From assembly GCF_009914755.1 (NCBI RefSeq), contig NC_060926.1: a stretch of DNA of 64,000 bases, one strand, 5' to 3'. This stretch comes from the human T2T-CHM13v2.0 reference genome, Homo sapiens. The notes beneath the pieces were generated by a model. The model was not told where the DNA came from, did no database searches, and worked only from the letters and a program-made list of their open reading frames with translations. The position numbers were made by a program, and so were the translations under genes. Of the stretch, positions 63,016-64,000 are shown in pieces. Positions within the stretch are counted from its first letter, which is position 1; each line of letters opens with the position of its first letter.

Positions 63016-64000
63016 CTATTACCTGACTTTAGCCACACCAAGCAGCCAATATTTCTGGCTCTTGAACTTTACCAAAGGTAACCTTCCAGGTGCTCAGAGA
63101 AGGGAAAATTCAAGGCAGTTCATTGAGGGAAAAATAATCAGCAAATGGCAAAGGTCATTCAGATATCAAGCCGCAAAGGACTCATTCCCTAAGCCAGGAT
63201 TGAATTTTACAGGCTGCCACTGTAAAATGGCGGAGACTAAAACAAAGCACTGCCACTTGGTTAAAGGTCATGCTTCCAAGAAAGTAAAACAAGATGGAGG
63301 CCTGCAGCAAAGTTTGCCACTGACCAGTTTGCTGGTCAGCCTTGAACAGTGGGCGTATGGAATCCTAGGCCTGCATCCCATCCTAAGGTACCCCTCATTC
63401 TGGCAGAACCATACAGAAAGATATGCAAAGTCACCAGATTGGCTACAGCTTAAGACCAACCTCACAAATCCTTTTTCACAATTAAAACTTTACAGAGAAT
63501 ATAGACAGTGATAGTTGGGGTCCTAGCCTGGTAAAATGTCTTCTAAAAAAAGAAAAAAAAAGCCTTCTGTATAAAAATTAACTGCTGACCTGATGGAGAA
63601 AAGAAACAAATAGCTTAAAGTTCAAGGCTGTGTTAACTGCTGACTGGGTGGAGAGAAGGAAAAAAAAAAAAAAACAGTTAAAGTACAGCCCTGGAAAGAT
63701 GCCTGGAGGAAAAGCTTCTTATTCTTATGCAAATGAGTTCTTCCATCAGGGAGGGAAACTTTTAATTGTTGTTTCTTCCCTGGGGCTTGCACAGAGCTGG
63801 ACTCCTCAGCCAGGGAAGGGGAAGGCACCATGGATATTGTAGGGAATGCCAGCCAGCCTGCTCTGCCCGGCCCTTGTGCCATGTGTCCCAGCCCCAGTCA
63901 GGAGGGAAAGGGGATGGGTAACCACTGCTTGCCTGTTCATCCCGCATGTGCCTGCGGCTGTTGGGGTAAAAAAGATACACGCCATTACAGTCCCGAAAAT

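Overview
AT-rich primate (human-like) non-coding DNA made mostly of transposable-element remnants. These include about 15 Alu/FLAM copies, a near-full-length L1PA8-like element, 5'-truncated L1PA7- and L1PA3-like copies, many old L1M/L2/MIR/MaLR/MER pieces, and a MER83-type ERV1 provirus that runs off the right end. I found no intact cellular protein-coding gene: the long ORFs are L1, Alu or ERV reading frames. The standout feature is a chimeric retrocopy at 12763-~13112, in which a complete U6 snRNA is joined directly at its terminal T5 to the 3' coding end and proximal 3'UTR of G3BP1 mRNA. It has no poly(A) tail and no target-site duplication (TSD) at its 3' end. The window also holds several apparent template-switch or repair scars: two non-tandem ~250-260 bp duplications of unique DNA (one inside a fold-back hairpin and datable against an Alu), a 60-bp nested inverted repeat, and small duplications. 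I see no evidence for a wholly new functional system. Repeat subfamily calls and the G3BP1 match come from recalled consensus sequences, not a database search, and boundaries of old repeats are approximate.
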